This document shows, one piece after another, positions 36,609 through 49,030 of a stretch of DNA of 64,000 bases; positions within the stretch are counted from its first letter, which is position 1; the number at the start of each line of letters is the position of its first letter. Source of the stretch: Raillietiella orientalis (Eukaryota); NCBI GenBank assembly GCA_036172245.1, contig JAYWIR010000062.1:434001-498000 (forward strand), read 5' to 3'. The notes beneath the pieces are model-generated. The model was not told the DNA's origin, ran no database searches, and worked only from the letters and a program-made list of their open reading frames with translations. The position numbers were made by a program, and so were the translations under genes.

Positions 36609-37777
36609 TATCTAATGTCTCCGCAAGAGGGAGCTCTCGGACGAGGGATGGGTTGCTCCTGCTCGTGAGGATGGGCCCTCCACCCTCAGCCACGTCGCCA
36701 GCGAACCCTGCCGCTGCGTGTAGATGGTCACCTGTGGTCCCCCATCAGCAACGCAACAGGGCGAAGAGGGTGACCCAGGTCCCTCCCCTGGCCCACGGTT
36801 GCGTGAGGGGTTGGATGCTGCTTGCGTGCAGCTCCTCGCATCCTCCAGGATGTACGCTGAGAGGGAGACGCCTCTGAGCGCCCCACGGCCTCCCCACGAG
36901 GGCCGACCGCCGCAACGGGGCCTACATCTGCATCGGCTCCGGCAGGGGGGGCGTATCAGGCCCACTTCCTGGCGGAGGGAGGGGGAGCTGAGTCCTGCAG
37001 TCGCCTCCCCCACGGGTCGATCTGGCGGAGCCTCGCAGGGCCCTCTTTGGGAGCAGCCGTTCGCCGTCATCTGCAGGAAAGGGGGCCGGGTCCCGTTGCA
37101 CCCTTTCCAAGCGGGTCGAGCAGACCTCCTTCGGGGAGAAGGGATGTCCACGAGGATTTCCGAGGGAGGGCTCCGGGCAAGTCGGGACCCCTGCCTCGGG
37201 TATCCCCGAGGTGGCCCAGTGCGTTCCCGTCGTCCGACCAGAAGCCACGATGTTCGGGGTCTCCCTGCCTGCCGGCGCCCTCGCGAGAGGCATCCCCTGA
37301 GAGGGCTCTGGCGCGGGCTGCGGGGGCCGCACGAGCAATGGGAGGAGCAGATCGTCGTCGTCGCCGCCGGGAGGAAGGCAGGCCGGAGTGCGTGGGTTCC
37401 AAGCGCAGGATGGAAGGGGAACGCCATCCTCCCGCATTCCCCGCCTGAAAGTCTCGGTGCCCTCTTCTTTGCCGGAAGGGGCGGTGCGGTTTTTTTTTGC
37501 TCCTCCTCTCCGCACTGCGGTGAGCGCAGGCAGCTGAAAGAGGCCAAGCCGAGCCCGCACCCCAAGGAGGAGCCCCTGACCGATGCGACCCTTGGAGGTC
37601 CATCTCAGGGAAACCTACTAGACCTTTCCGCGGGACTTCAAGGATACTCTCGGAGGAAAGTCGCTCCGCGTTTCTCCTCCCGAGGGAACCCGGAAAGCAC
37701 CATCTCCTCGAACATTTTCCCTGGAGGGAATCCTCGCCCTGGTCGTTTCCGAAGGGGGTCTCCAAGACTAAGCCCCC

Positions 37778-39183
37778 CTTCCTTGTTCTCTCCGGAGAGG
37801 TCTCCCCGAAGGGGACTGCTTTTGGTTTCCCCTCTGAAGGGAACCCAGGAGGGACCCGCTCCTAGTTCCCTCCTCCTCCGAACAGAACTTCGAAAGGACG
37901 CCTCCCCATTTCTTCGAGAGGCACCCGTGGTCGCCGACGGCAGCAACCATTCGGTGCGAAAGAGACGCACGGAATGCGGCCGGTCCCTCCTGTGAGGACG
38001 AGGCGGCCCTCCAGGAAAGTTTGCGATTCTTCCTGGCGCCCTCTGGGTCTTCGTTTCGAAGCCCCCCTCGGGAAGGCTCCAGCCCGAGCTTGACCCCGGA
38101 GCGACCCGATAAGGCAAGGCGTGTTCGTCCCATATGCGAGCTCAGGTGGTCCTGGAGGAGCTCGTGGTCTAATGCTGCGGGCTCCTCTTTTGCCACCTTG
38201 CGGGCGCGACGCACACTGCCGGAAGGGGTGGGGGTGGGGGGCTGCCGGCTCTCGAGAGCTGGCTCGGGACCCATGCCCCGCCCAGAATTCAACTCCCCTG
38301 CGGTCCCCGAGGGCACGGACCGCGACCGGCCCCGCCAGAGGGACTCCAGAAACTCCTCCCTCCTCCGGCAGGGTCGTAGGGTGCGCAGGCGCCCGACGCG
38401 GCCCATCGACTCCGGCGCGTGCGCCGACCAGCCAGGCCACTGCGGTCAGAACGGATGCCGCGCCGCATCTCCCGCATCGCGTGCGGCTTCAGGGAGGGAT
38501 ACGCAACTGCTACCTTCCTCCCGCGCTCCGCGCTTTCGCCCTGAGGGTTCCTCCCAAGGAGGGTGGGTTCGATCCTGCCTGTCATCCGTGCGGGAGTTCC
38601 CGAAGAAGCTCGAGGTGGGGACGTCCCGACGTTTCTCCGATCGTTCACGCCTCCCCGCGTGGTCCGCCGGCGCCCCCACAAGGCCAGGCAGACATCCCAC
38701 ACGCAGAGGCTGGTCCTCCCACCCGATGCCTGGAAAGGCGCCAGCTTTCCACGTTGGCGTGGCAGACCTCTTGGACGCAGACGGCTCCGGGGTACGTGGC
38801 TGCTGCATCGAGTTCACTCACCTGACCAGCAGTCTGTACGGAGTCGTGGGGATAGGGGGGGAAATCACCATTCCAAAGTTCCCCCTCTGAAGGGGCGGTC
38901 ACGAAGCTCTTCTTTAACAACATCCACGGCCACCAGTAGGTGCGCGCAGTAACTCTTCAATTCATAGGGCAGCACCGTAGGGATCACCCTGTGAATCCAG
39001 GAAGGGCCCTAGAGGAGGGAGTCCGTTCCTCTTACGCGTGGGAGGGGAACCCCGAAGGGAGCCACCACTTGCTTGTTCTCTCCGGAGGGACCTCCCAGAC
39101 GGGGCCACTCCTCGTTTCTCCTCCGGAGGGAACCCGTAAGGAAACCGCTTCTTCTTTCCTCCTTCTCTGAGGAGAACCCCGAA
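37778..39183 (+). repeat. Diverged ~115-bp direct repeat pair (37778-37894 and 39068-39183) within decayed ~42-bp-unit repeats
   Basis: cttccttgttctctccggagaggtctccccgaagggg...gaagggaacccaggagggacccgctcc aligns almost without gaps with cttgcttgttctctccggagggacctcccagacgggg...ggagggaacccgtaaggaaaccgcttc. Confidence 0.65.
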
Positions 39184-42100
39184 CTGCGGGAGCAGAGCGA
39201 TCCTGACACCCTGGAGAGGCAACCCTCGAGGAGGGCATCAACGAGATCCATGGAACGCGATGGAGGGTTGCTCCCCTGAGGGAGCGGATGGCTCCATTTT
39301 CACAACTGGAAGAGAAGCTCGAAGGGACCCTGGAAACCCCGGAAGGTCGACTTCGAATCCCGGCCTGTCTACGCGAGCGTCCGGGGAGTTTCCAGCTTCC
39401 ATCGCTGCCTCACCCGAACCAGCGCCACCCTTAGGGGGGAAGAGAACCGAAACCCACGGCGCGCCCCCCCATTTCCGACCCTTCCCCTGGTGGAGGAGAG
39501 CGTCTTCCGTGGCACGACCTCCCTTCCTGTGCTCATCCCTCTCGAGACAGACTCGGCGACACCCGAACCTGCTGATCGGGATCGCGAGCTGACGCCTGTT
39601 CTTTCCGCAGCGGCAAGAAGGGTAGCCCTTTCGAGCAAGGGCACCTGTCTGGCCAATGCTGCTGCCCACCATCACCGCTCAAGTCTCCCGACAGTCTTTG
39701 TCGAGCGCGTTTGCTCGGTGCTTTCCCACCTCCTCGCTTTGGGCTCTTGCGCGTTTGTTCATCTTGCTCTCCCGAGCGCCTGAGGGCGTCTGAGGGTGCC
39801 CTTCCGGGGCGCAGGATAAACAACCCGATAGAGTGGTGTTACGAAAGAAGGCACGCGACTCGTTATCGGTGCAGTCGGAGAGGGGAGCTGGGATGACGGC
39901 AGACACCTCGACTGGACAACGCAGGGTGCGCCTATTGCTGGTTCGAAGCCTCGCCGGGGCCCACAACCCACAGTCTCGCGCTAGGGCGGCTCACTTATTC
40001 ATTGGGTTTCTTCTTCATCGGGCGGGGCCGATTTGGGTAAAAAAACACATGATGTTATGTGCCTCACCTGTTTATTCCTCTTTGTTAATATAAGATGGCT
40101 ACAACAAAAACAATCTTTTTTATTTCTTTCAAGGTCTCGGCTACAGTATCTTTGAGCTCAGTAATAAATATTACTTTAATTAAGCCTTTGTTTTATGTAG
40201 CAGCTCTCCTCATTTGTTTTTGTTTTTTTAATTTCAAGATATTGGTTTGAAATTAACATTCATTATATATATATATATTGAAAATAATTGTTTAAAAGCA
40301 AGCAACTATCTGGTTTTTGTTCATTTATAGACTTTTCATTGATTTTATTTTTAAAAGAAAGACCATTAAAGGTGATCAGATCTGTTTGTACAGCCGGTGG
40401 TACATCCCGCCCGATGAGACACCATCCCGGGATGTACTACCTGTGGGTAATACATCCCGGGGTGAACATGGCAGGGAGCAGTGACCCGTCTTCGGACTTT
40501 CAGCACTGATGCTGCCCGCGAATCTCCTTGGCGTGTTGGTTGACCTTCCTAATGGACATAAGTTGGCTGCTTAAGAAAAACAACGTTCATGGGAAAGAAA
40601 ACAGAGAACTCGGCGTCGGTTTCTCTTTTCATCAGCGCATTTTTTGACCTCGAAACTACTCATATCATCTTTCTTCATGGTTTCAGTGCAATGTGTGAAA
40701 ATTCCTGAAGAATTTCTTTCCAACGGTACTCACCAGAATCATACATCATGAAAAATTCCCATGAAAGCTAAAATGGAGATTAGAAAAAACAGCATTTAGG
40801 GGAAACTTCCACCTTTAGAAAGCGAGAAAATTTGCTAAGCATAGTGTTCTGGAACCAATAGGAGAAACACGCGGATGGTCTCTGTCCCTCCTCTTATGGA
40901 AAGGTTTGGTCTCCCTACGTGGAAGCAACGGAAGCGGCCGTCACCCTCGGAATCCCTAATGAGTCGTAAACTCTTAACCGATCAGATAGGTATTAATTCA
41001 CAGATTATAAAATTAAGCATAGCAGAAGAGTTAAATGATGAGTTGAACTTTTTCAAGGGCATTCTGTTGACATTAGCTAGTAATGGAAATGAGCTGCATG
41101 GTTGATCTTGAAAAGAATTAAAAAAAGAAACAAACAAACCGTTTGCGCTTTCCGTGAATACACATGATTTCATATTTTATAAACATTTAATTGGCGTTCA
41201 GAGAGATGAAAGGATCGGACGACTTGGGCAGAGGATAAGTACACCAAGTTAAAAGATCCTATAAATCGTATGTCTCGATAGCGTCCAAATTCGTTTGGCT
41301 TCTCAATGGCGGATGTGACGAATGCTCTGCTCTGCTCAAAGGCAAATCTGAACCTGAAATTTATCGAGTCCACCTTCTTATCGTGATCGGCTTCTGAATA
41401 AGAGACAGTAAGGATGACATGCAAGCTGCCTTTTCCTTGTAGATGAAGCTACGAGGAATTTGAGCTTGCACGATTAGGAAGATAGGGATAGTGCCATCGC
41501 GAATGTAGGGAATGGAGCAAATTAAGTGCCTAAACTGCGGTTGAATTTGAATTCCAAAAAAACCAGCCAATGATCGGCTGATCACTCCACAGCAATGAAG
41601 GTGGAATTGACTATTAGGCAACTTTCTCTTACCTCGCCAAACATTGCCGAGCAGCGTCTGTCTTCTTTGGACGAATGGAACGAGCCGCAAACAATCTGTT
41701 GTGATGTATGAAAATCCCTGTCAGCTGCACCTCATGAACCGAAGACGATGAAATAGACCGAGTTTGGAAGGATAGATTCGAGATGAAGCTGACACATTAA
41801 GAGATCACCTCTGGTTATCGAGGCTGGTCGAATTTCAAAAAAACCATATTTATCACTCCCTTGAGTGAAGATGCACGTTAGTGTTACTTGCACATTGGCA
41901 TTTTGTGAGAGAGAGAGAGGAGAGACAAAAAGACACCATCTATTCAGGAATTTTCATTGTGGATACAAGGATACGTGGATCTTATTAAAAATCCAAGTGT
42001 TGCTCAGGAGCACCTCATTGACCCATCAGAAGTGTACATTATGAGGACCAGGATACGTACGATGTGTTCAGCGACGCCAGTGTTTTGCTTCATTATGGCA

Positions 42101-43010
42101 GCTGCCGTTGCCGTGATTAACCCCCATCAAGTTTGAATTTTGTTTCGGATGGCTAGTTTTTCCTTTGGAGCGTGCTTTACGGTCCTGCGGATGCCCGGAC
42201 GGTTGGGGTTTGCTGCAGATGTGACTTTTCCAAACAAGAGCACCTCAGGGCATGCCTTGTGATGTGGCACCCATGGCCGGCGAGGATTGCGTCGCAGCGC
42301 GTGGCAGTCGAAGGCGACCGCGTGCCAGGGCGGCCGTCACTTCTGTTTCCCATCGATCACCCGCCTGGGTGTCTTCTTTTGGGGAGCTCAATTATGACCC
42401 CCGGCAGCCATGCAAGGAAAGATCCCTCGTTTATTCATGAAACGGTGTGTCAGAGAACGACGTGAGTCGTTTGCATAATTTTGCTCCGCGAAGTGTGAAT
42501 TAAGTTGGCATTATTAGCCGTGGCAGTCAGTCAGAATTAATGTAGTTATTTAGTTGTCCTCCACGTATCAATTGCCATTGTTGATATTGTATTTGTGAGG
42601 AACTTTGGAATTCGAATTGTGAATAATTGTGATCCAAAAGACCGTATCCTAAAAACCGTATCATAGAATCCTAAAAATAGAAACATTCTACATGTGGAAG
42701 TAGTTGCATTTTCATCATGCTAACCTACACAGTTCTCAGGAAAATGCACCTTCGAAACCTGAAACGGTTAATCGTCAAAAATCATTTTGCCCTCATTTAT
42801 CTTCCAAGTAATGGAGATGCCTTCGGAGAAGTTTATGTAAGATTTTTCATTTTTCCCAACGTATGAATCGTTTTTATCGTTCATTTATGTTTGCCATAAA
42901 AAACCATGCACCCTTGAGGTAATTCGTTGTGTGAAATGGATGAATCCCAGTGTCATGACCGCTGCCTGTTTATGGAAGCAGGTTTTTCATGTGATGTTTT
43001 GCTTTGGCAG

Positions 43011-45769
43011 GCTACCAATAATCTCCCTACAAGAAGACTAAGTTACGATGCAATATATCATGCAGATGCCATAGATCGCACTGAAGTCACTTTTGACAAG
43101 ATTCTGATTGCTAATCGAAGTGAAATAGCATGTAGGATCATGCGAACTTGTAAGAAAATGGGTATCCAGACGGTAGCCATTTACTCTGAAATGGATGCAA
43201 GTTCTGTAAGTTGAAATCTGAAGTTTTTATGTTTTGAATTCATATAGCTTCATGTGAAATTAGCTGATGAAGCTGTTTGTGTTGGAAAAGCAGCTGCACG
43301 GGATTCATATTTGAATGTGGAAAGGATCCTAGAAGCAGTGGTTAAGACAAAAGCTCAGGCTGTCCATCCTGGTTATGGCTTTTTGTCAGAAAACTGTAAC
43401 TTCGCAGCAGAATTGGTTAGTTGTCAACATGTGCATGCATTTTGATATTTCTATTGTTTTATACAAGGAAATTTAGTTTTCCATCTTTAGGAAAAACAAA
43501 ATGTAGTCTTTATTGGACCATCATCTCATGCAATCATAAAAATGGGAGATAAAATCGAATCAAAACGATCAGCAAAGCTTGCAGATGTGAACACAATTCC
43601 AGGTAAGAGTGGATTTGTAATAAGACTTACTAACAATTGCATGAATGTGGATGCGATATTTGTTTAAAATTTAGCCAAAACAAGAAAATGAAAACACATG
43701 TTCAGCCTCATGTGTATTTAATTTTGTGATACATGCCTTAATTCCTTATATTCAAACTGTTCTTTGATTAGGCTATGACGGAGTTGTAAGAGATGTAGAT
43801 CATTGCTTAGAGATTGCAAACAGCATTGGTTATCCAGTGATGATCAAAGCATCTGCAGGGGGTGGAGGCAAAGGTATGAGAATCGCTTGGACTGATGAGG
43901 AGGCTAGGTACGCTTTTCTTTCAAAGATTTCAGTGGAACAGGCAGTGCTGAAATATGCAGATTTCATGATTGCTTCCAGTTATTTAACTTCTCAGTGCTC
44001 TGATACATCCCAGTACATATCCCAACTCTTCCAGGGAAGGATTTTTTCTATCAAAAGAAGAAGCTGCATCTAGTTTTGGGGATGACAGAATGCTTCTTGA
44101 AAAATATATTGATAATCCTCGACATATTGAAATTCAAATTATGGGTGATAATCATGGAAATTGCATCTATTTGAATGAAAGGGAATGCAGTATTCAAAGA
44201 AGAAATCAAAAAGTTATCGAAGAAGCACCAAGGTTGATAGTGTATGTTGACTATTGAAATTTCATGTACTCTTGCAGCATGTTTTTGGATCCAGAAACTA
44301 GAAAGGCCATGGGTTCCCAAGCTGTGGCCCTGGCCCAGGCAATTGGTTACAATTCTGCAGGCACTGTGGAATTCTTAGTCGATAGTCAAAGAAACTTTTA
44401 CTTCTTGGAAATGAATACTCGGTTGCAAGTTGAACACCCAATTACAGAATGCATTACTGGCGTGGATTTAGTGCACCAGATGATAAGAGTAGCTAAAGGC
44501 AAGTAATGCAGTAGTTGGTCTCAAGCTAAAATTTCGGCAGGTCATAAACTGAAACTGAAACAAGAAGATATCCAAATTCATGGTTGGGCATTTGAAAGTA
44601 GAGTTTATGCTGAGGATCCATACAAGGCTTTCGGCCTTCCTTCAGTTGGTCGCCTCGTAAAATACAGAGAACCTGTCCATTTAAGTCAAGTACGCTGTGA
44701 TAGTGGTATAGAAGAGGGTAGTGAGATCAGCATTTACTATGATCCACTGATCTGTAAATTGGTTACTTATGGTAAAACTCGAGAGGAAGCACGTGTGATC
44801 CATCTGAGTGCTCTAGACAGTTATGTAATTCAAGGTAATCTGATGGGATCTCGATTTGCATCACACCATTTGCTTCATGGCAGGAATCACACATAACATC
44901 CCATTACTAAGAGATATTCTTTGTGATACACACTTCATCCAAGGAGACATTAATACAAAGTACTTACAGACAAGATACCCACAAGGTTTCCAGGGCCGAC
45001 AGCTTTCCAAAACAATGTTGAGACATTTGAAAGCTATTGTGGTCGTTATGTATATGAATGAGCAGTGTCGCCTTTACCATATAAAAAACACAAATGCCTC
45101 CTCATTTAGTCTACCACCAAATGAACTAATAATATATGGGGAGCACGATGTATGTGTATGCCAAGTACAAAAAGTGAATGCTAATGAATATAAGGTAGTA
45201 TGACAGCTAGCAGAGGTTGAACCTGCGCAGGTGATTTTGGAAGGCAAAGAATTAACTGTAATGGGACAACTGGATAGAATGCCAGTGGTAGAACTGAGGG
45301 TAGATCAAGAGTCACACATCATTCAGTTGGGAAGCATATCTCCTGAAGGGTTTGTCCACATCCGTTTTCAAGGCACAGTCTATGCTCTGCAGGTCATGGC
45401 AGCTGCCATTCACAAATATAAGCAATTAATGCCTGAAAAGCCAAAGGTAGTGCAACACTTAGGTATGCCTTGAGATTCTACACCGCTGTTCTCTTTAGAT
45501 TGATGTATCCAAAATGATCTTGGCACCTATGCCTGGACAAATAAAATCAATTGCATGCCAAGAAGGAGAACTAATTGGAACTAATCAGGAGTTATGTGTC
45601 ATGGGTAAATTACAATGTAGTTACTGGATTGTGCATTTGTATTTTGAATTTAGAGGCAATGAAGATGCAGAATTCCTTGTGCAGCACCACACAAGCAAAA
45701 ATCAAGAAAATAAACGTAAAAGTGGGTGATACTGTAGAAGAAAATCAAGTACTAATAGTTTTGGAATAA
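43011..45769 (+). CDS. PCCA: Propionyl-CoA carboxylase alpha chain, mitochondrial (5'-most exon not resolved)
   Basis: Exons ~43011-43205, 43248-43415, 43491-43602, 43772-43907, 44035-44232, 44278-44498, 44541-44834, 44884-45194, 45231-45446, 45499-45604, 45654-45769. Motifs [83 protein letters not shown] and the biotin site EAMKMQN. Confidence 0.93.
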
Positions 45770-45822
45770 GATTTGTATGAAATTAACAATAAACAAATAT
45801 ACATACAATTCAGAGTTTGAGA

Positions 45823-46741
45823 TTATTTATCTTTTTTTGAAGTTAAAAGCCCATCATGCAACATACATACATCTGTTGTGAATAAATCAGCCAAAAAAAC
45901 ACCATCCTCATCAAACCAACATGACACAGATTTTGTAAATTCGGCTTTGCTTGTTTTGTCACTCGTTAGAATGAGTTGCAAAGAATACTTATCATCAAAT
46001 CTGAAACAGTCTCCTTCATTTGGATGCACATGAATTGAAACAAAGTACCTTTTTAATTGGGAGCTTGCTTTCCATGCTACCTTTTTATCACGTTTGCTGG
46101 GATCTTTTCCGTGTGCAACCAAAAATATACCTTTCTCTATATAGGTTATGTACAGGGTAAGCAAACCAGATAAAAGGAAATACGTGACTACACACACTAT
46201 CAGTACATTCCTAAAACAAATAATGGTAAATAAACTGATGATGAAACTTTAACAAACCTAGATTTTGGAAAAGGATGTAAATAATCCCATATTAAGGCGA
46301 ATCCTGCAATACTGGCTGCCAATGCACACAGCAATAACCTTCCATTCATAAGCTTGTGATTTTCCGTGTAAGAGAATCTTTCTGTCAAAACCTAAATTGC
46401 AAAGTACAAAGACAAAGTCATATATCATGTGGCATCTTGCAGAACTGAAAAATGAAATGAGAACGACGAATGGATACGGGGATTTGCTTTTAAGCTGTTG
46501 GCACAGAAAGCATTATTCACTAAAGTCTGAATTAAAAACACGACTTAAGCAGATGCATGATAGTGCCGCCTCTCCGATACATGCACTTAAGGATGACCGC
46601 AAATCTCCGCAAACAATAATTTTGTGACACAGCAAACTAAAATAAGTTTTCAACCTGCTTAACACAGTCATCCAGGGTATTTTTCATTGCATTTCCATCC
46701 CATTTATCTATAGTAAGTTTGTTTTTCTGATTAGTAACCAT
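45823..46741 (-). CDS. SPCS2: Signal peptidase complex subunit 2 (SPC25)
   Basis: Exon 1 46741-46655 MVTNQKNKLTIDKWDGNAMKNTLDDCVKQ; exon 2 from 46391 VLTERFSYTENHKLMNGRL...WDYLHPFPKS; later CVVTYFLLSGLLTLY...EKGIFL, WKASSQLKRFDDKY, FTKSVSCWFDEDG; stop at 45823. Confidence 0.95.
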
Positions 46742-47899
46742 TTGGATAACCAAGCGAGACAACCGATGACGATCACAAAATAAGTACTGCAATCCACGCA
46801 CGATCGGAGTACCATCACCTTCTCGTGTCCATGCCGAGACGGAAATTCGAAACTCACGTTTAACAAATTTTCACACACATGGAATCTTGTTAAAAAAGTT
46901 TAATATATTCATGGCATCACGTGAATGTGGTTTTCATATTAATATTATGCTACTGTGAAAATAAGCTCAGGAATGTTCGTGCTCAGCCTCATATTTGAAC
47001 CAGCGAACCCATAGCTGAAGATTGCTATAATAAATCAAGTATAAAATCAATCAGTGTTCAATACGCCCTCGTGAATTATTCAAAAATATTCTCATTTCAG
47101 CTTTGGATATACATTGACATGTGTGGGGGTGAGACGAGCAAAGCAAGAAAGGAATAGTCGAGCTAACAGTCAAAATTTCCTGTACTTTTTGTTAAGATGT
47201 ACAATCTTAAGGACGAGGTCAAGAAATTGAACGAGGTCAACAAACAACCACATCACAGTATGTTTTCAACAATCGAATAAGTATACTTAGATACATCTTT
47301 TGCATTAAAGAAAATGAATAGATTTATTGAGCTCCTGGAGAACGCAAGGAAAAAAAGGGCATCCATGAAATGGAGACGGAAAATTAATACGAGTCCCAAG
47401 CATTATGATACTAACCACTTACCATAACTAATTAGGAAACATGAGAAACAAATGAAAAGAATAGTACGAAATGAATAATACTCAAAACTATGAACAATAG
47501 GTACATTAGTTTCAGGAACTCTGCAAGCTGAAAATACTCCAAATACAATAAAAAACAAAACACTTATTAACTACATGTTATAAAGTACATGTTCAAGCTT
47601 TTCAAAATGCAACTAAACCCTTTCTGCACAAAGTGCGAGTTCTACATAGAACTACACCAGCTTTTCTGCTTTTATAACACAGACTAAAGGAAACAAAAAA
47701 AACAATAAATACGAAATCAAATCTGGGAAATTACAATTGCATTCATAAAAGCATAAGTTTGAATGGGTATTTATAATTTTTTATCATGCAGTCCTGGGCA
47801 GGACGAGTTCACCAGAGAATACAGAGGATCGGAGACTCAACTTTAATTGCTTACCTGCTTAAAATTCATTTGAGATTGGAAAGCGACAAAGCCGGTAAC

Positions 47900-49030
47900 A
47901 CGATGGCAGAACAGAGCACGAGAACTGAATGGACTTTCTGAGGGAGAAGAATGTGTTTCCCCTTGCAACCCGATGGTCAGGACAGCTTCCACCTCTTTTT
48001 CTAGGAGGAGTGCACAGATAAGAACAAAGATGGGGAGGGGATGGGAAACATGCCAGAGTCTTGTATCTCTGGTGGCAGTTCAAACTTCCTGAACATTCTT
48101 CCAAGAGTCAGCAATTGGTACTCTCCATGTTTGATGTTCATGGCTTCTCTAGGGCTTCTCATTGGTCTCTTGGGGGTTCTCTCCGAAGTGCATCTCCGAA
48201 GGCTGCTTGTGTTCGTGCAGACCCAGTAGATGCTCCTTCCATCTATTACTTGTGCGTCTTGGGGATTACTTGCTTTGCAGGTCAGCATTCTCGCTTCTTG
48301 ATGTTGTCCTATGCAGTGCAAACTGTTTTCATTCAACTATGCCCACACTGGATCACCTGTCTTTTCAGTCACTCATAGCTTAAGGAACAAGGACAATGGG
48401 GCCGTAACGAAACGTTCTATTGTCCATAATTGCTTTTTGTTTCTCTTGGGGACCATTTTCAATTGCTGTTTACAATTCATTGCTTTCAGAGCCATATCGA
48501 GTCTTTTCTCTCACTGTCCATGTCGTTAGAAGTTTTGAATGACTGATAACTTTGGAGTGGGAGTTTGGGATGCGTATCGCAACTCATGGCAATAACCCAT
48601 TATCCTAAAGAGCTGGTGGTGCACATCCATGGATTTTTTAGAGTGCCCAATTTCCTTCATTCCGTTGTCCGCTTTCACATCTTGGACCATACAGGGTGTT
48701 TCATTTTCATCCTGGGTATCACTGCTGTGAATTGGACCTCTGTGGATGAGTGCCAGGCGCTTCTTGGGCGTTCTTCGCCATCGGTTTGAAGGCCACTTGA
48801 AACAGGGTCTTGGGAGCCGACTCTCGGTTCCATATATTGCCTAACCACCATTACAAAGGTCGGACGTGTTGTACTTGGCCGACTGTTTTCTCACGTGACG
48901 CAAACGTATTGCACGATCCTGTCCTCCTGGGTGTTTAGTTCTTTGCGACGAAAAAGGCCCGTGTTGCAGCTCCCGAGCGCACTGTTTGTTCTTGTCGGGC
49001 ACTCTGCGTCTCGGTGCTGGACACGGAAGG
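47900..49030 (-). mobile_element. Possible heavily decayed RTE-like non-LTR retrotransposon fragments
   Basis: Broken minus-strand frames give RYGSES.., MDNRTFR.., W..LNENSL.. and WWLGNI..SRLPR..W..RTPKKR, resembling the RTE post-RT pattern YGxETW / FxxRCLR / WxDxVxNE / RWLGHV..RLPK..RPKKRW. Many stops. Confidence 0.3.

Larger units (their letters stand above)
35390..36612. mobile_element. Endogenous CRESS-DNA (circular Rep-encoding ssDNA) virus element: capsid stub, origin and Rep pseudogene
   Basis: A-rich ~1.2-kb island in GC-rich host DNA with divergent cap and rep starts flanking a nonanucleotide stem-loop. RCR motifs I-III and SF3 helicase motifs are recognisable. Ends are estimated from composition. 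Confidence 0.92.

Noticed and set aside
37640..39190. CRISPR-like array interpretation of the periodic repeats
   Set aside because: Units are degenerate with no identical repeat/unique spacer structure, there are no cas genes, and the context is eukaryotic.
84..39971. Many long overlapping ORFs in the GC-rich half (e.g. 2023..3465, 5730..7277, 11799..12923, 36724..37995)
   Set aside because: Arg/Gly/Pro/Ser-rich in all six frames with no recognisable domains, as expected from stop-codon scarcity at high GC; several lie in or antisense to Cav3 introns.
40500..42480. Short broken ORFs between the boundary and PCCA
   Set aside because: No recognisable motif or consistent exon structure; possibly transposon debris but not supportable.
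43110..43130. ANRSEIA instead of ANRGEIA in PCCA
   Set aside because: Single small-residue substitution also found in some other biotin carboxylases; no sign of gene decay.
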